Part shown: one piece after another, positions 1 to 14,588 of the stretch
Position numbering within the stretch: the stretch's first letter is position 1
Layout of the letters: the number at the start of each line of letters is the position of its first letter
Assembly: GCF_030684315.1 (NCBI RefSeq)
Contig: NC_081361.1
Coordinates: 62,603,553 to 62,667,552, forward strand
Length of the DNA stretch: 64,000 nt
Reading direction: 5' to 3'
Source of the DNA: Stegostoma tigrinum
Lineage: Eukaryota
Position numbers and translations under genes: made by a program
The notes under the pieces: generated by a model
The model's database searches: none
Told to the model about the DNA's origin: nothing
The model's input: only the letters and a program-made list of their open reading frames with translations

Positions 1-1134
1 GAAGTTTCACAACATCTTTCCTAAACCTGGGAGACCAGAATTGCATGCAGTATTCCAAAAGTGGCTTAACCAATGTCCTGTACAGCTGCAATACGATATT
101 CCAACTCTTATACTCAATGCACTGACCAATAAAGGCAAGAATACCAAATACTTTCTTTACTACCTTTTCTGCCTGTGACTTGACTTTCAAGGAACTATGC
201 ACCTGTACCCCTAGGTTTCTTTGTTTGGCAACATTCCCCAGGGCCCTACCAGTAACTGACTAAGTCCTGCCTCCATTTGCTTTACCAAAATGCAAGACCT
301 CATATATCTAAATTAAACTCTGTCACCCATTGGCCCATCTGATCAAAGCCCCATTGCACTCTTAGATAACCTTCTTCACTGTTCAATACACCATCAATTT
401 TGTCATCTGCAAACGTACTAACCATGCCTCCTATATTCACATTCAAATCATTCAGATAAATTACAAAAAGCAGTGGAACCAGCACTGATCCTTGTAGCAC
501 ACCAGTGGTCACAGGCCTCCAGTCCAAAAAACAACCTCCACCACAACCCACTGTCACCTACCTTCACGCCAATTTTGTATTCAAATAGCTAGCTCTCCCT
601 GCATTCCTTGTGATCTAACCTTGATAACCAGTCTACTATGCAGAAACTTGTCAAACGCCTTACTGAAGTCCATACTGACAAAGATAAAGGCAGAGCAGTG
701 GACAATCTTCTTTGTCACTTCTTCAAAAAAAAAGTCAATCAAGTTAGTGAGACACAATTTTCCATGCACAAAGCTACATTGACTATCCCAAGTCCTTGCC
801 TTCTGAAATACACGTACATCCTGTCCATCAAGATCTCCTCCATCTGACATCAGGCTCACCAGTCTATTGTTCCCTGGCTTTTCCTTACCTCTTTTCTAAA
901 ATAATAGCATTACATTAGCCAACCTCCAGTCTTCCGGTATCTCACGCATGGCTATGATACAAATATCTGAGCCAGAGGCCCAGAAATCAATCCCCTAGTT
1001 TCTCAAAGTTGTGGGATCAGGTCCCAATGATTAATCCACCTTTATGTATTTTCAGATGTCTAGCACCACCTCCTCTGTAACGTGGACACTTTTCAAAGTG
1101 TCATTATTTCTCCAAGTTCTCCAACTTCCATATC
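1..1134 (-). mobile_element. CR1 LINE RT fragment, decayed
   Basis: [18 protein letters not shown] and TFADD in broken frames. Confidence 0.9.
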
Positions 1135-1431
1135 CATAGAATCCCTACAGTGTAGAAGCAAGCCATTTGACCCATCGAGTCCACACCGACCCACGAAAGA
1201 GCATTTCACTCCAACCCACTCCCTCATCCTTATCACTGTAATTCTGTTTTTCCCATGGCTAATCCACCTAATCTGCACATCTTTGGACTGCAGGAAGAAA
1301 CCACAACACCCAGGGGAAATCCATGCAGACATAGGGAGATTGTGAAAACACAACACAGACAGTTGCCTCAGGGTGGAATTGAATCCGGGTCCCTGGTGTT
1401 GAAGCAGTACTGCTAACTACTGAGCCACCAT
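1135..1431 (-). mobile_element. HE1-like V-SINE
   Basis: Reverse complement of the family at 8634-8940. Confidence 0.87.
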
Positions 1432-2259
1432 GACGTCTGATCCATTACTCTTTGTGGCTTTTTAAGCAGTCGGATAAAACTCAGTGGTTTTCTCAGGCCA
1501 TTTCAAGACCACTTATGAGTCAAGCAAGTTAGTGAGAGTCCGGAGTCACATTTAGGTCAGACCAGACAGGGATAGAGGATTTACTTCCCTAAAGGACATC
1601 AGTGAACCAGATGAGCCTGTACAAAAATTGACAATGATTTCATGGCCATCATTAGACTTTTAATTCAAGTTTCTGTTTTCTGAATTCAATTTTCCACTGT
1701 CTGTTATGGTAGTATTCAAAACTGGGTCTCTGGATTACCCGTCCATCCTTTAACAGGTCTAAACTATTCCTTCAAAGTTCTCAAAGTCTACGCACTTCCT
1801 CTATCATGGGATAGCTTGAAAAGAAGCTCATTTTCCACTGTGAAGTTAAGTGAAGGAACAACTAGATTTTTCTCCAGGGTTCAGTAGATCTCTCCACTCA
1901 TTAGCTGAGGCAGAGAAGCCAATTAATTCCAGGTATAATTCTTCATCCAAGGTGACTTTGTTGATTTTAGCCAAGATGTGAGAGTAAAATACTGATGGCC
2001 TCTGTCTGAAATAGGGTCAACACTTGAAACAACATGACATCTCTCCACAGGTGCTGTATCTGACATGCAATGTTTCCAGCATTTTCTGTGTTTGGCCTCC
2101 ACTTTACTGGACTATTGACGAATCCCAAAATTGAACATTAATCAACGATCACTTCTGCAAATGATTTTGTAGAGGTTTAGGCGGATGGGGAGACAGTGTG
2201 ATGTGAATCACAGTGAAGTATGTGCCAGTATTTAAGGTCAGACATCAACATGACTCATC

Positions 2260-5010
2260 ATTATTTCAGCTTATGGAAGGAGAGCTCAAGATCATGCTGG
2301 ATTCCTGCTGCTCAATATGTTGAAGTTGGGCAGAATTACAATGCCTGAAACCAAAAACGTGCAAGAAGTGTCTCCACACGCAGGATCTGGAAGTCAGAGT
2401 TTGAGCTGTAGCAGCTGCCACGGAGACTTTGCACATCCACAAGGCTAAGAATATCGTGGGCAGCATGAAAAAAAAAAGAGATGGCCATTCTTCAGAATAA
2501 GACTCAACTGTCACAGAGAGAATGGATGACCACCAGGCAGAAAAAGAATAGGCAAGCAGTGCAGGAATCCCCCACGAAATTCATATCCCATTTTGGATAC
2601 TGTTGAGGAGAATGGCACCTCAGAGGAAAGCAGCAACAGCCAAACTAATTGATCCACTGCTGACTCTGCTGCACAGGAGAAGGAAGAACGTGTGGGAAGA
2701 CTAAAATAATAAAGGGATTCAATCATGTCTTTTCAGTAGCTGCAGTGGGATTCCAGAATTCTATGTTTCCTCCTGGGTGCTAGGATCAATGATATGCCGA
2801 AACAGCTACAAGACACTTCCATGGGAGAGTGAACAAACCCTGATCATGAGTATCAACAAAAAAAAAATGAGGATGGCGTCTCAAAAGCACAGGGCCTCAA
2901 AAAGCTGTGATCTCGGAATTGTTACCAGTGCCATGGGCTAATCAGTGTAGAAATAGTAGGATATATCAAATGAACACATGGATGTAGAAATGGTGTGAAG
3001 TGGGAATATTCCAGATTGCTTAGCCATTGTGGCCAGCTTTTGCATAAGTGGAACCAGTTCAAGATAGACAGGTTGCAACTGGGCAAAACCAGAACTGATA
3101 TCGTAGGAATAGTATTCAGGAATTGGGGCAGTTGGGAATGGTCTAAACTAAAATGGCAGCTTAGAAACACCAAGAGGCAAAAAAAAAACGCGAGTTGGGG
3201 TTGGATAAAGGCACCCAACCTGTATTATGTGCTTGGCCCATATCCCTCCAACAGTTCTTATTCATGTACTTATCTCAATGTGTTTAAACATTGCAACTGT
3301 ACCTGCATCCACTACTTCCTCTAGAAGTTCATTCCACACACAAATCACTATATAAAAAAACAAAAATTGTCCCTCATGTCTTTTTTAAAATCTTTTCCCT
3401 CTCATCTGAAAAAGATGTCCCCTAGTCTCGAAATCCCCCACCTTACAGAAAAGGCACCTGCCATTCACCTTCTTTATACCCTTCATTACTTTATAAACTT
3501 GTGTAAGGACAGCCCTCAACTTCCTGTGCTCCCGTGAAAACAAGCCCCAGCCCGTCCTTATAACTCAAGCCTTCTATTCCCAGCAACATCTTGATATATT
3601 TCTTCAGAACCTTCTACAGCTTAAGAACACCATTCCTATAAAAAAAAGCAACTAGAACTGGACAACATACTCCAGAAGACACTTCTTCAACATCCTATAC
3701 AACCTCAATGCTCCAACTCCTATACTCAAAGGAGTGAGTAACGAAAGCAAACATGCTAAACTCCTTAACTACCCTATCGAAATGTGATACATGTGGAACT
3801 GAAGGAAATTATGAGTAGGAAAATGATGTTAGGGAAACTGATGGGATTAAAGGCTAATAAATTTCCAGGGCCCAATATTCTACAAGCCAGAGAATTTAAC
3901 TACATAAGATACGTGAATACACTGGTGGTCATCTTCAAAACTTCTACAGACTCTGAAATACTTCCTGTGGATTGAGTCGTCGCTGACGTAACCCCACTAT
4001 TTAAAAAAGTTGAGAGAAAGCAGCAAATTATAGACTGGTTAGTCTGTCACTGGTAGTGGGGAAAATGCGAGAGTCCGTTATGAAAGACTGAATAGCACAA
4101 TACTTGGAAAACAATGCCAGGATTGGACAAAGTCAGCATAATTCTATGAAATGCTTACAAATATAATGGAATTTTAAGGATATAACTAACAGAGTTGATA
4201 AGGAGGAGCCAAAAGGAAGTAGTTTTCTTGGACTTTCAGAAGGCCTTCAATGAGGTGCAACACAGGAGACTGGTATGCAAAATTAATGCATATGCGATCT
4301 AATGCTAGTTTACTGACATGGATAGAGAACTGGTTGGCAGTCAGGAAACAAACAGTAGGATTAACAGGATTTTTTTTCCAAAAAGACAGGCAGTGACTAG
4401 TAGTGCACTGCAGGGCTAAACGCTTAGATCCCAGCTAGTCACAATATACATTCATGGTTTAGATGACAGGACTAAATATAAATATCTCCAAGTTTGCAGA
4501 TTGCACAAAGCTGGATTAGGAGAGTGAGCAGTGAGGGGGTTGCGAGGATGCTTCAGTGTGACTCACACGGATTCCTGGGATGTCAGGAGTAACATATGAT
4601 GTCAGACTGAATTGATTGGAACTACATTCACTGCAGGTTTGGAAAATGAAACGGACCACATAGAAACCCATAAAGTTCTAACAGGACAGATAGGGGAAAT
4701 GCAGAACTATGTGATCAATCACCAGGGAGTTACAGATCACAGATATAAGATAGATCATTTAGGACTGAGCAGAGGAGAAATTTCTCCACCCATAGAGTAG
4801 CAAGCCTGTGGAATTCTTTGCCATATGAAGCAGTTGAGGCTGAAACATTGAATGTTTTCAAGGAGTTAGTTATAGTTCTTTGGGCTAAAGGAATGAAATG
4901 ATATGACAAGAAAGCAAGAATAGGGTACTAAATTGGATGATCAGCCACAATCACATTAAATGCAGGAGTAGGTTCAAAGTGCTAAATGTCCTGGTCCTGT
5001 TTCTACTTTT
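2260..5010. mobile_element. Nested decayed CR1 pieces (plus-strand ORF1/ORF2 remnants with a minus-strand 3' end at ~3230-3780)
   Basis: RT-like remnants (gactttcagaaggccttc, aagtttgcagat) and CR1 3'-end motifs. Boundaries approximate. Confidence 0.7.
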
Positions 5011-7424
5011 TGCTGTTTGTATCTCCCCACGAATCTGCTTGCACACTGTACATGTGACACACCTAAATTAGAAGGAGAAGTAGATCCATTTGCCCTCAAG
5101 TGATCTGTGACCTAACTCCACAGGCCTGCCCATGTTCATATCTGTCAATGACCCAATAGTTAAATTCGATCAACTGATCCAGCAATCAATATTTGCAAAA
5201 GTGAGCTCCAAACTTCAAACAGCCCTTGCATTTAAAAGTGCTTCCCAATTTCACCCAAAAGGTCTGGTTCTAATCTTTAGACAATGCCTCATACTCGATT
5301 CACCAAACAGAAATTACTTTCTTCCAACCTCACCAAGAGTTCCCGTTACTATCTTGAAAGGTTTAATAATATCAGCCCTTAAACATCGAACCTCCAGGGA
5401 GTACAGTTCTTGCTTGTGCAGTTCCTCCTCAGAAGTAACCCTGGAATTGAAGATATCATTCTAATATGTTCGTCTTTCTCCAATGCCAGCAAATATATCC
5501 TTCAGAGGGTGCGATATACCATAACTGCTCAAAGCATTCCAGATAAAGGTCCAAACAGGGATTTGAGTAACTGAAGCAGGAATTCCAGCATGCATCATCT
5601 ATTCCTCTAGAAACGGCCACCACTCCAGAAGGTTTTCTAATTATTTTCTGTACCCATTCTTAACATCTCAATCAATCATCGACAAACCCAATCACATTTT
5701 GGATCTCACTGCTTCTAGCAATTCATCACATGCAAGGCACACAGTTCTATTCTTTTGAGGTATATACATTTGCCTGCATTGAATTCTATTTGGTACAATT
5801 ATGCCCATTCACTTCATCTATCAGCATCCTTTGTAATTTTGTGCTTCCACTGCTTACTCTTGCCTTTGTGTTGCTTCTGGCTTTTCTGACTTGTGTGTGC
5901 ACTCTCCATTGTTTTGACATGTGATGTAATGCGCAGTTTATTCCTGGTACACAGTTTCTTTCTGACAAGCATGTGTCACTGTTATGTTGGCTATCCCACA
6001 GGCATTGTAGGAGATATCAGACCTCTATGGTTTGCAAACATGAACTCTCAACTGGAAACAAGTTTGAACCTCTGAACATTTGGACATTCCAAGAAAGAGT
6101 CACCAGATCCAAAACATTAACTGTGATTTCTCTTCTCAGATGCTGCCAGACCTGCTGAGCTTTTCCAGCAACTTCCGTTTTTGTGTCTGAAACAGTTTGG
6201 AACTGACATGCTCTTTGCCTCCCCAAATGCCCATATATTTTCTCATATGCCATACGCACTATGAAGTGACATGTAGGTTGCTGCATTACATTTACCTCCT
6301 TCCATTCTCCCCCAAACACAGTTCATTTTTCAGGGTGCAAGTCTGCTTTTGCTCATGCTCTTGACATTCATCTGGATGTGCGCGCACAGTTTTAGTCCCT
6401 TTTATCAATCTTCCTCCATTCACAATCTGCTTCAATATAGGTTGATCCCAAATGTTTCCCCTCTCTAATTCAAATTAACTTTGCCTAGTTGACTCATGCA
6501 TGCTTCATTGGATTAAGTACATGCCGGGTCTGAACCTTTGCAGCTGATGTGCATGGCAGCACGAGTATTCATACACTCAACTTGGCAGTTCTAATAAATT
6601 TAACCTGAGCTCCAAAGTGAGTCACATGACACTAGGTCAACAACATGTTCAGAGTTTCTGCAACGGCTTTTTACAGAAAAAAAAACTAGTTTACCTCTAA
6701 CGTGGTGGTTGGGGAAACAAGCATTCTAGGTCTTGCGCTCTCTTTTTAAGAAATTTACTTAAGTACACTCTAATCAGTGCAAGTAGTAAACTTCCCCCTT
6801 ATAATCTGAACTTGAGTTCATGCTTTAACACTTTTTTGTCATATCTATCACTGTTGCTCTGTTGCATTCACGAGTGACTTGCTCGTGTGTTTTACTTTCC
6901 TGTTGGGTATCATAGCCCCAAATGTCTTGCAAATGACTCCACTGCAGCCAATGTTCATTTCATCAAAAACCATTTATTAACAGACAATTTACACAGCTAG
7001 AATTCTCCACGAGATTTCAGTGTCATCTCCATGATAAATCTCTTCAGACTCTCTCTCTACATGTGACCTTACACAACAACAGCTTCAACCTCATGCTCTT
7101 AACCCATTACTCCAAATCTCCCAAGTCTCGAGTCCCATTATTTACCTTTCTCTCCCCCAAAGTCTTAAACATTACAAGGGATTATCTACAAAAGAATTTT
7201 ACAACTCTCCCTGGTCTTGTTCAAATGTTTTCCAAGGTTGGTAGTCTGGTACACAGTTTATTTTATTAAGTGCAGAATGCATTTTCTTTTTGGCTATTGT
7301 TGTTGAGCTTTCATTGGTCTCTGTTTTTCCAAAGTTACAGTCACATGTCATGTTTGCACTGGTTTTCTTTTCAAGGGTAATAAGGCTCTTGGATTTCTCA
7401 TGTATTGCTGAAATAAAATATTTT

Positions 7425-8118
7425 AGTGAGACTATTCATCTTGCACTCATCAGGACAATGTGAAAATAAACGTTTATACTGCATGAGAGGATGGGACTGA
7501 ACAGTTAGCAAGCAGATGGTGACTGGAAGAGGCTTTGGCGTGGAGAGTGTAACAAATAACAATACTGACAGTTAACTGCCAAACTGGAGTTAAATTTTAA
7601 ACCATGTAGTTAATTATGTCAGAGATGTTGCTATCAAGCCAAAAGGACGTTCTATCATGCAAATGACTAATGAAGTACACAGTTTTCAGTGCCAATGGTA
7701 CGTAAGCCATATGTTCCAAAGGCCAGTGGATCGTAACTAATGGCAGATCCTTTCCGCAGCTCACAACAAGCAGTTTGGCATGGAGCATGGCACACATGCA
7801 CGTACCGGAAACTACATGAATAAACAAGGTCCTATTCTTTACAGGCCTGCACACATTTCAACTCCAAACAGGTAACATTAAATCACTTGTTTTGGCATTG
7901 GTTAACTTTAAAGGTCAATCAAGAGTCAATCTGTCTGGTTTAACATTTAAATAAAGTCTGGCAGTTAGCTGTCAATCATCATTGATTGATACTTTCCACG
8001 TAGCACTGCCTCAACGTCCCAATCAGCACTCTCCTGTCCTACAGTATGAACACTGGTTTTCCACTTTAATTAATGTTTTAGCCAATTGTCCTGCTGGGCA
8101 TAAGATGAAAGGCTTTAA
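7425..8118. mobile_element. Old fold-back element (family E); a related copy lies at ~48075-48445
   Basis: Degenerate inverted arms (tgacagttaactgcca / tggcagttagctgtca) with terminal gtcCTGATGA motifs. Confidence 0.55.
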
Positions 8119-8633
8119 TTTTTTTTTAAAGTAAGTATTCAAGTTCTATATTGCCAGAAGACTGTTTCTCACAATACCGTGTGATGCTTCCTTGTAATAT
8201 GACCTTGGTTACTACATTTACTCAATAGTTCCTTCTTGCTGATGGTCTCAGATCCATAATCTTTCCCGTGGCTAAAGAACTGGTAACTTCCTCACTGAAT
8301 AGCAGTTTCTAATTAGCTTTTCTCTTTGGAGTTCTCGCTCTAATCTTAATTTTCCATGGTAACGAGGTTCTCGAATATCAGTCAATAAATGGAAATAGAG
8401 TTCAGACCTCCAATTCATCACAATTCTGAAGATAATCTATTTTTGTAATGGTGATGATACATAAATCAATAGAGCAAAATTATCATCCATTTTTAAAATG
8501 ATCTCATTTGTTATAAGGTTAATTATTACATGAATGAACCATTATTCTTTGCAAAAAGAGCAATTTGGAGAATTTGCCAAATTATGGTTGATCAGATACA
8601 ACCATGCCAGGAATACTATGAATGAAATTAGGG

Positions 8634-8940
8634 GGGGCAAAGTGGCTCAGTGGTTAGCACTACAGCCTCACAGCGCCAGGGACCCGGGTTCGATTTCCAC
8701 CTCAGGCGACTGTGTGTACAGTTTGCACATTCTCCCCGTGTCTGCGTGGGTTTCCTCCAGGTGCTCCAGCTTCCTCCCACAGTCCAAAGATGTGCAGGTT
8801 AGATGGATTGGCCATACTAAATTGCCTGTAGAGTTTAGGGGTGCATGTGGATTATAGGAGGATGGGTCTGGGTGGGATATTTCAAGGGGCGGTGTGGACT
8901 TGTTGGGCCAAAAGGCCTGTTTCCACACTGTAGGGAATCG
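8634..8940 (+). mobile_element. tRNA-derived V-SINE (HE1-like), near full length
   Basis: A box TGGCTCAGTGG, B box GGTTCGATT, V-domain TTTGCACATTCTCCCCGTGTCTGCGTGGGTTTCCTCC, and a CR1-like tail. Confidence 0.9.
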
Positions 8941-9719
8941 AAAAGAAATAGATCTGTTTCAACGATTTTATTCTCATGTCTGCTGCAATACTATAAATAC
9001 TAAATATCTTCCCTTCAAACTCAACAAGATCATTCCTAACCTTTCAAAATGCTTCATGTTAATAGCACAAATTTGACAACTGGATATGAACTCTTGAACT
9101 GACTGAATAATCCTTTACCATGGAGAAGACAAGTTCTGACAGTTTACATCCTACCAATCTTTCATTAAAGACAAACAAATCATCTGTAATCATGAGATGT
9201 TTTCTGTTGCACAAGTATTATCTTAATACAAGGTTGTCGCAGATGTATTCTGGCCTGGCAGCATTTCCTAATCTGAAGATATTCTTCATCTGTTTTGAGC
9301 TTCTCCAGTCTCTTCCAATTTGTTTCCACTGATGTCGGCAAGTTTGTTACTGATGTCTATCCTTCTACTACTGTAAACTCAAAAATCTTGCTTTTCAGCC
9401 TCTTCAGAAAGCATTCTCATTAAAGTATCTGCCGTAATTTGACACTTCACTTGCATGTACTCCATGGTTGAATCCTAGCTCAAACATGGTCTGACATGCT
9501 GAAATACAGACGGCAGCTTCAAAATATCCTTTGTGCTATTTAGAAAAAAAAAGTGGTGCGTGATCTGTTACAATATCAAACCTCTGCCGCCACCCCTCAT
9601 CCCAAAAATACTCAGAACTTCCCACAAACCTGTCTTGCCACTGAGACTTCTTTTTCTATTGTGGCATATCTTTCCCCTCTTTTTGTTAAGAAACTTCTAG
9701 CATAATTTACTGGCCTATG

Positions 9720-11210
9720 CTTCCATCTTCCTGGACCTGCAGCAATAATGTCATCCATGGATGAAATAGGCACCAAATTAAGAAGCAGAATCTCAACTCT
9801 TTATATTATTATTACCTCAGACACATGCAAATTGGTCTTGGTGAAATCAGACGAGGGGGATGAACACAAAGCTCAAAGCCTGATGTGGAAAAAATGGGTT
9901 CCTGTTCCTGGGGCACTGATGCCAGGACTGGGGAAGATAAGATCAGGATCGATATCTATGGGAGGTTCTCCATCTGAACCAGGCTGGGATTGGTATTTTT
10001 GCTAACCACAAAGCAAGGAAGACTGTAAACTGAATAATTGGTGCACAAGTCGGAATGGATAGAGAGTATAAATCTCAGAATCAGCAAACATACAACACTA
10101 GAATATACAAAGCAAAAAATATCTATAACTAAGGCTCAGAATCTGACTGCATTCAGCATGTGAAACAAAAACAGATGAGCAAGCGTACAGCAAAAATGAA
10201 TAAGTACAATCTGGAAGCATTACACAGAGACATGTTTGCAAAATGACACGGATCAGAACTTAAATCTTAAAAGGTTATTTAGGAATAACAAGAAGGAAAA
10301 AAAAAAGGGAGTGGTATTCTGTTAGTTCAGGACGGTATTAGCACAACAGAGAAGGATTATCCAAGTCCAGGAATCCACAATGTGGAAATAGTTTGGGTCG
10401 AGATGAGTGATAGAAAAGGGAAGAAGTTTCTTGTGACAGTGGTGTAGAGACGTCCTCACAGTGGGCAAGAGCATAAAAGGAATAAGTAATGAGAACTTGT
10501 TTGAAAGGCATGGTGGTAATCATGGGAGATTTGAATCTACACACAAATAGGAAAAGTCAGAGGAGTACAAGTAGCCTCGGTAAGAAGGTCATAGAACGTT
10601 CTCAGAATAACTTCTGAGAACACTATGGTCTGGAGTCGAACATAGAGCAGGTTATACTAGATCAATTACTGTGCAACAGAATAGATTATTTAAATAATGA
10701 TCCCATAGTGAAAACATTCCCAAGTAGCAGTGACTGTAAAATGCGTGAATTTTACATTCAATCTAATGGAAAATGAATTGGATCCAAGACTAGTAATTTC
10801 AATTGAAATTACATCATTTATCAAAGCTTGAAAACAAAGTTGTCTAGAGTGAATTAGTAAATTAGATTGAAGGATGGGTCAACAGTGATGCAGTGGTAGA
10901 CATTTATTGGGGATATTTCAAAATATAACAAATAAAGACATCCTAACAATAAAAAAAACCTTCAAGTGACAGACCCACCATTCATGGTGAGCTAGAAAGG
11001 TTAAAGATGGTATCAAACTTCAGAGCATAAACTTTCCAAAGGCAAGTGGCAAGTCAGAAAAATAAACTGAAGACAAAAAAGAAAAACCAAAAAAAAATGT
11101 AGCAAAATTAGGCAGGCCAGAAATATTAACAAAATGAGCACTGGTCCTATAGAAAGTCAGACTGGAGAATCAATATTGGAAATTTAAAAGATAACAGGTG
11201 AATCGAAAGG
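9720..11210 (+). mobile_element. Old CR1 ORF1-end / endonuclease remnant
   Basis: atcatgggagatttgaat (MGDFN-like) and agtagcagtgac (SD-like) motifs; heavily mutated. Confidence 0.6.
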
Positions 11211-11219
11211 TATTATCTC

Positions 11220-11522
11220 AGAATCCCTCCAGCATGGAAGCAAGCCATTCGGTCCATCGAGTCCACACCAATCCTCTGAACAGCATCCCACCTAGAACCA
11301 CCCCTACCCCGTAACCCTACATTTACCAAGCATAATCCACCTGGCTGACATATACTTGGACACTACAAGCAACTTAGCATGGCCAATCAACCCAGCCTGC
11401 ACATCTTTGCAATGTAGGTATAAACCTGAGCACCAGGATAACATACAGACTCCACAGTCATCCAAGGCTGGAACCAAATCCAGGTCCCTGGCACTATGAG
11501 ACAGCAGCCACTGTGCTGCACC
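11220..11522 (-). mobile_element. HE1-like V-SINE, decayed
   Basis: Same head, V-domain remnant and tail. Confidence 0.8.
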
Positions 11523-12434
11523 TAGAGTCTACCCAACAAAGAAAACAAGCAAAATCCCAAAAGCAGCAATAAATTTGGAAATGCATGGTAGGGAGGAACT
11601 CAGGAAAACCACAGACCACATAACAGTACGAAGTAAATGATTCAAGTTGTGGGTTGATCCAGAAATGGGTCGCCATTTCAAATTCAGGAGTCGTCCATCT
11701 GAAACAGAGATTAGCATTTTTATTCCCCCACTTTCAGAGGGTCCTGGTATTTTGGAATTCTCTTCCTGGAAAGATGGTGTAAGCAGAGGCCTTGAAGACA
11801 TTTAAGGGTAAATAGATAACCTCAAACCCCTTGACAAAAACCATCAGTGGTAGGCAGGCACATGGATTTAAGGTTACAATATTATAGGGTCATAGGTCAT
11901 ATTTAAGGACTCTGCTTCCACCACATTTTCAGGAGGATTTCCAAAGACTCCCAGCCTTTTGAAAGATAAAAAACAAAGATCCCTCCAATTTAGTCCAAGA
12001 ACTGATAGTTTACACATTATATTCTTGAATAGCACAGCCAGCTCGACGGGGCTAAATGTCCTAACCATCGTTTGTATCCACAGGCGTTGTGTTGCTAACT
12101 GCAAGTTGTAATGTCACAGTACTACAGAAGGATTCAATTAGTTGGATGGCTAAGTTGTGATGCAAAGCAATTCCAATAGCACGGGTTCAATTCCTGCACG
12201 GACTGAGGTTACCATGAAGGACTCCCTTTCTCAACTTCTCCCATCAACTGAAGTGTGGTCACTGTTAAGTTAAAACACCACCATCATCACTTTCTAATAG
12301 AACAGCCCTATGGCCAGGTAGGAATATGACAACTTGACCTTTATTACCACAGAAGTTAACAATTTAATCTTCAAAGAAATTTTCCATTGGTATTCCAGCA
12401 CCACACTACTGGCCTTGTCTCAATAGCATTCTCT

Positions 12435-12443
<9 letters not shown>

Positions 12444-12483
<40 letters not shown>
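12444..12483. repeat. (CA)n microsatellite preceded by a short (TC)n
   Basis: Directly visible. Confidence 0.97.
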
Positions 12484-12484
<1 letters not shown>

Positions 12485-14519
12485 CAGTCCATTAATTACT
12501 GAGATTTTTTTAATGAATTCCCCCACTAGGTGAACCATCCCTTGGAATCTCTGTCACACTTATTCTAGAGTTGCAGAAGTTCTCCAATTACCCTTGTTGT
12601 GAGGATCAGTCATTATTCCTGTGGTCTGCACTGTGATCTCAAACTTGATCATTCACTTTAGAAATTAACACTCACTATCTCGTGTTAGGCCTACATCCAT
12701 CATCATCCTCAACTCAATAATCATGTTCCTCCCTTGCAAAATCATGCATAAAATTATTATTCATAAAGTAAGGCATTGTCCTCTGGATTATATCTGATAC
12801 AGATGATAAACAGAGTTGTCTGCTGAAACAATAATAATGGAAAATGGTTGCTTCAGCATGCTTTATGAATTTGGGTCTACAAATTGCCCAGACTCACTTC
12901 TTACATTGTGCCTCAGACTCTCTGCAAAATCTGACCCTATTCTGATTCCAAATCTCAGTGTGCTTTACAAACTGTGCTCCCTCCACAAGGAGTAAATCCT
13001 TCTTTCCTTGCATTAAATTAGATATTACTTCGTCTACCAACCCAGCAACAATGTGGTCCCACTCTAGGTCATCTTATGCAGTGCAATATGCACAATTTTA
13101 CTGCTGAAATCAATGGACTCCCCTGGTCTCTGCTTCTTTCTTAACTTTAGCACATTCAATGATCAGGTTCTTACTGATATTAAACCTTGCCAAGGCTTCA
13201 GAACTTCCTTTTTAAAGATGATTAAATGCTCATCCAGCCCTTGCCCGGTCAGCATCTATGACGATTCCAGTGGCATAGGGTAAAGTATTGACTTGATTTT
13301 TCTGGTCTTTTTGTGTAACCTCAAGACTGACTGAAACTTGCTGGAAAACGTCTTCCAGTTATGTCATTCCCAGCCCCCTTCAGTGCACACTATCCGCAGC
13401 CCTCCAACTCAAACATTTCCCAAACCCTACATTTGGCAGCTCCTCCTCTAAGTCAGCCATCCAGCAGCCACTGTTCCCAGCTCTAAATCCCTTTCTCACT
13501 TTTACACAGCAGATCCTATTCCAAATCCCTGCTCTGGCTCCTACTGCATTCAGGGTAACAGCGTCAAAGGAAGGTGACATCTGTGAAAAAGAAAATTTAA
13601 AAAAAAGGACAGAATTCTTATCTAAAATTGGAATCCTGTCAAATAGCAGAGATGTCTCATGACTGGATTTATGCACAGTTATATATAAGCTCAAGTTCAT
13701 GAGGATGCAAGTAATGTTTCCTTTAGTTGTTTTGCTGTGTGCAGACTTCTAAGGGTCCACGCATGGCATCAGCTTCCAATGTGGAAGCCATTCATCAACA
13801 AATCTATTGATGCACAACTACACAGTTTAAAGGGAATGTGGGATACAAAATGATCTAGGGCAGTTTTGCATGAGTTGTATCTGGAGGTAACAAAGCTCTG
13901 GACAAGATTTTTAAGCAACAGATGGGTTGAGACAGGTCATATTGTGAAGGTCATTGGCAATGGAAAGGATTATAAATGTCAGAAGATCAGCGAGGGTTAC
14001 ACATAAATCTGACGTTACAAACACTCTGGTTCAGCCACAGTCAATAATCAGAAAGGGGGCTAGAATCAGCAGTTAGGTAATGAATTTTACAGCAGTGACC
14101 AAAGATAATTACTTCAGTAGTTATTACTTATTAACTGGAAGAAACCTTTGCACACCAAATACTGGCTGTTAGTTGACAGTGGAAGAAATTAAAAATAATA
14201 GAAACGTTGAGAAAACTATGGTGAGATTGAGATGGGTATTGTGCATATCAAGCTGAAAGTTACGCATTCGGATGATGTCATAAACAGTCACAGACAAGAA
14301 ATGGAATTGATACAGATTTATAACAAAAATTACTTTCACTGCCCCAACAGGTATTTCTACATGTCACACTACAGCAACAATCCAGCAAGTCTGCATTCTT
14401 CAGAAATTTAATTGCACAGTAAAGTTAAAAGTAGTATTTAATAAATTTTGGAAAGGACTCCTAAAAATACTTTACGGATCAAAATTATTCATTTCTCAAA
14501 TGCCACACTAGGAACTTAC

Positions 14520-14588
14520 CACTAAATCCCAATTATTCTGCTCGAGCAATGTAATAGCTTCATCAATATTTTCAATTCCAGTGCATGC
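14520..14588 (-). CDS. FAF1: FAF1 coding exon 2 (ACTGIENIDEAITLLEQNNWDLV, UBA-like domain)
   Basis: 69-nt exon between acceptor ctctttAG and donor GTAAGT. The peptide matches the human FAF1 segment as I recall it. Confidence 0.96.

Noticed and set aside
8634-8705. tRNA gene (also 12130-12200 and 52530-52606)
   Set aside because: A/B boxes belong to SINE heads; no convincing cloverleaf, and the sequence continues into SINE bodies.
1-14519. FAF1 exon 3 (expected AAINGVIPQENG-like)
   Set aside because: No matching sequence found by eye; it probably lies beyond the left edge of the window.
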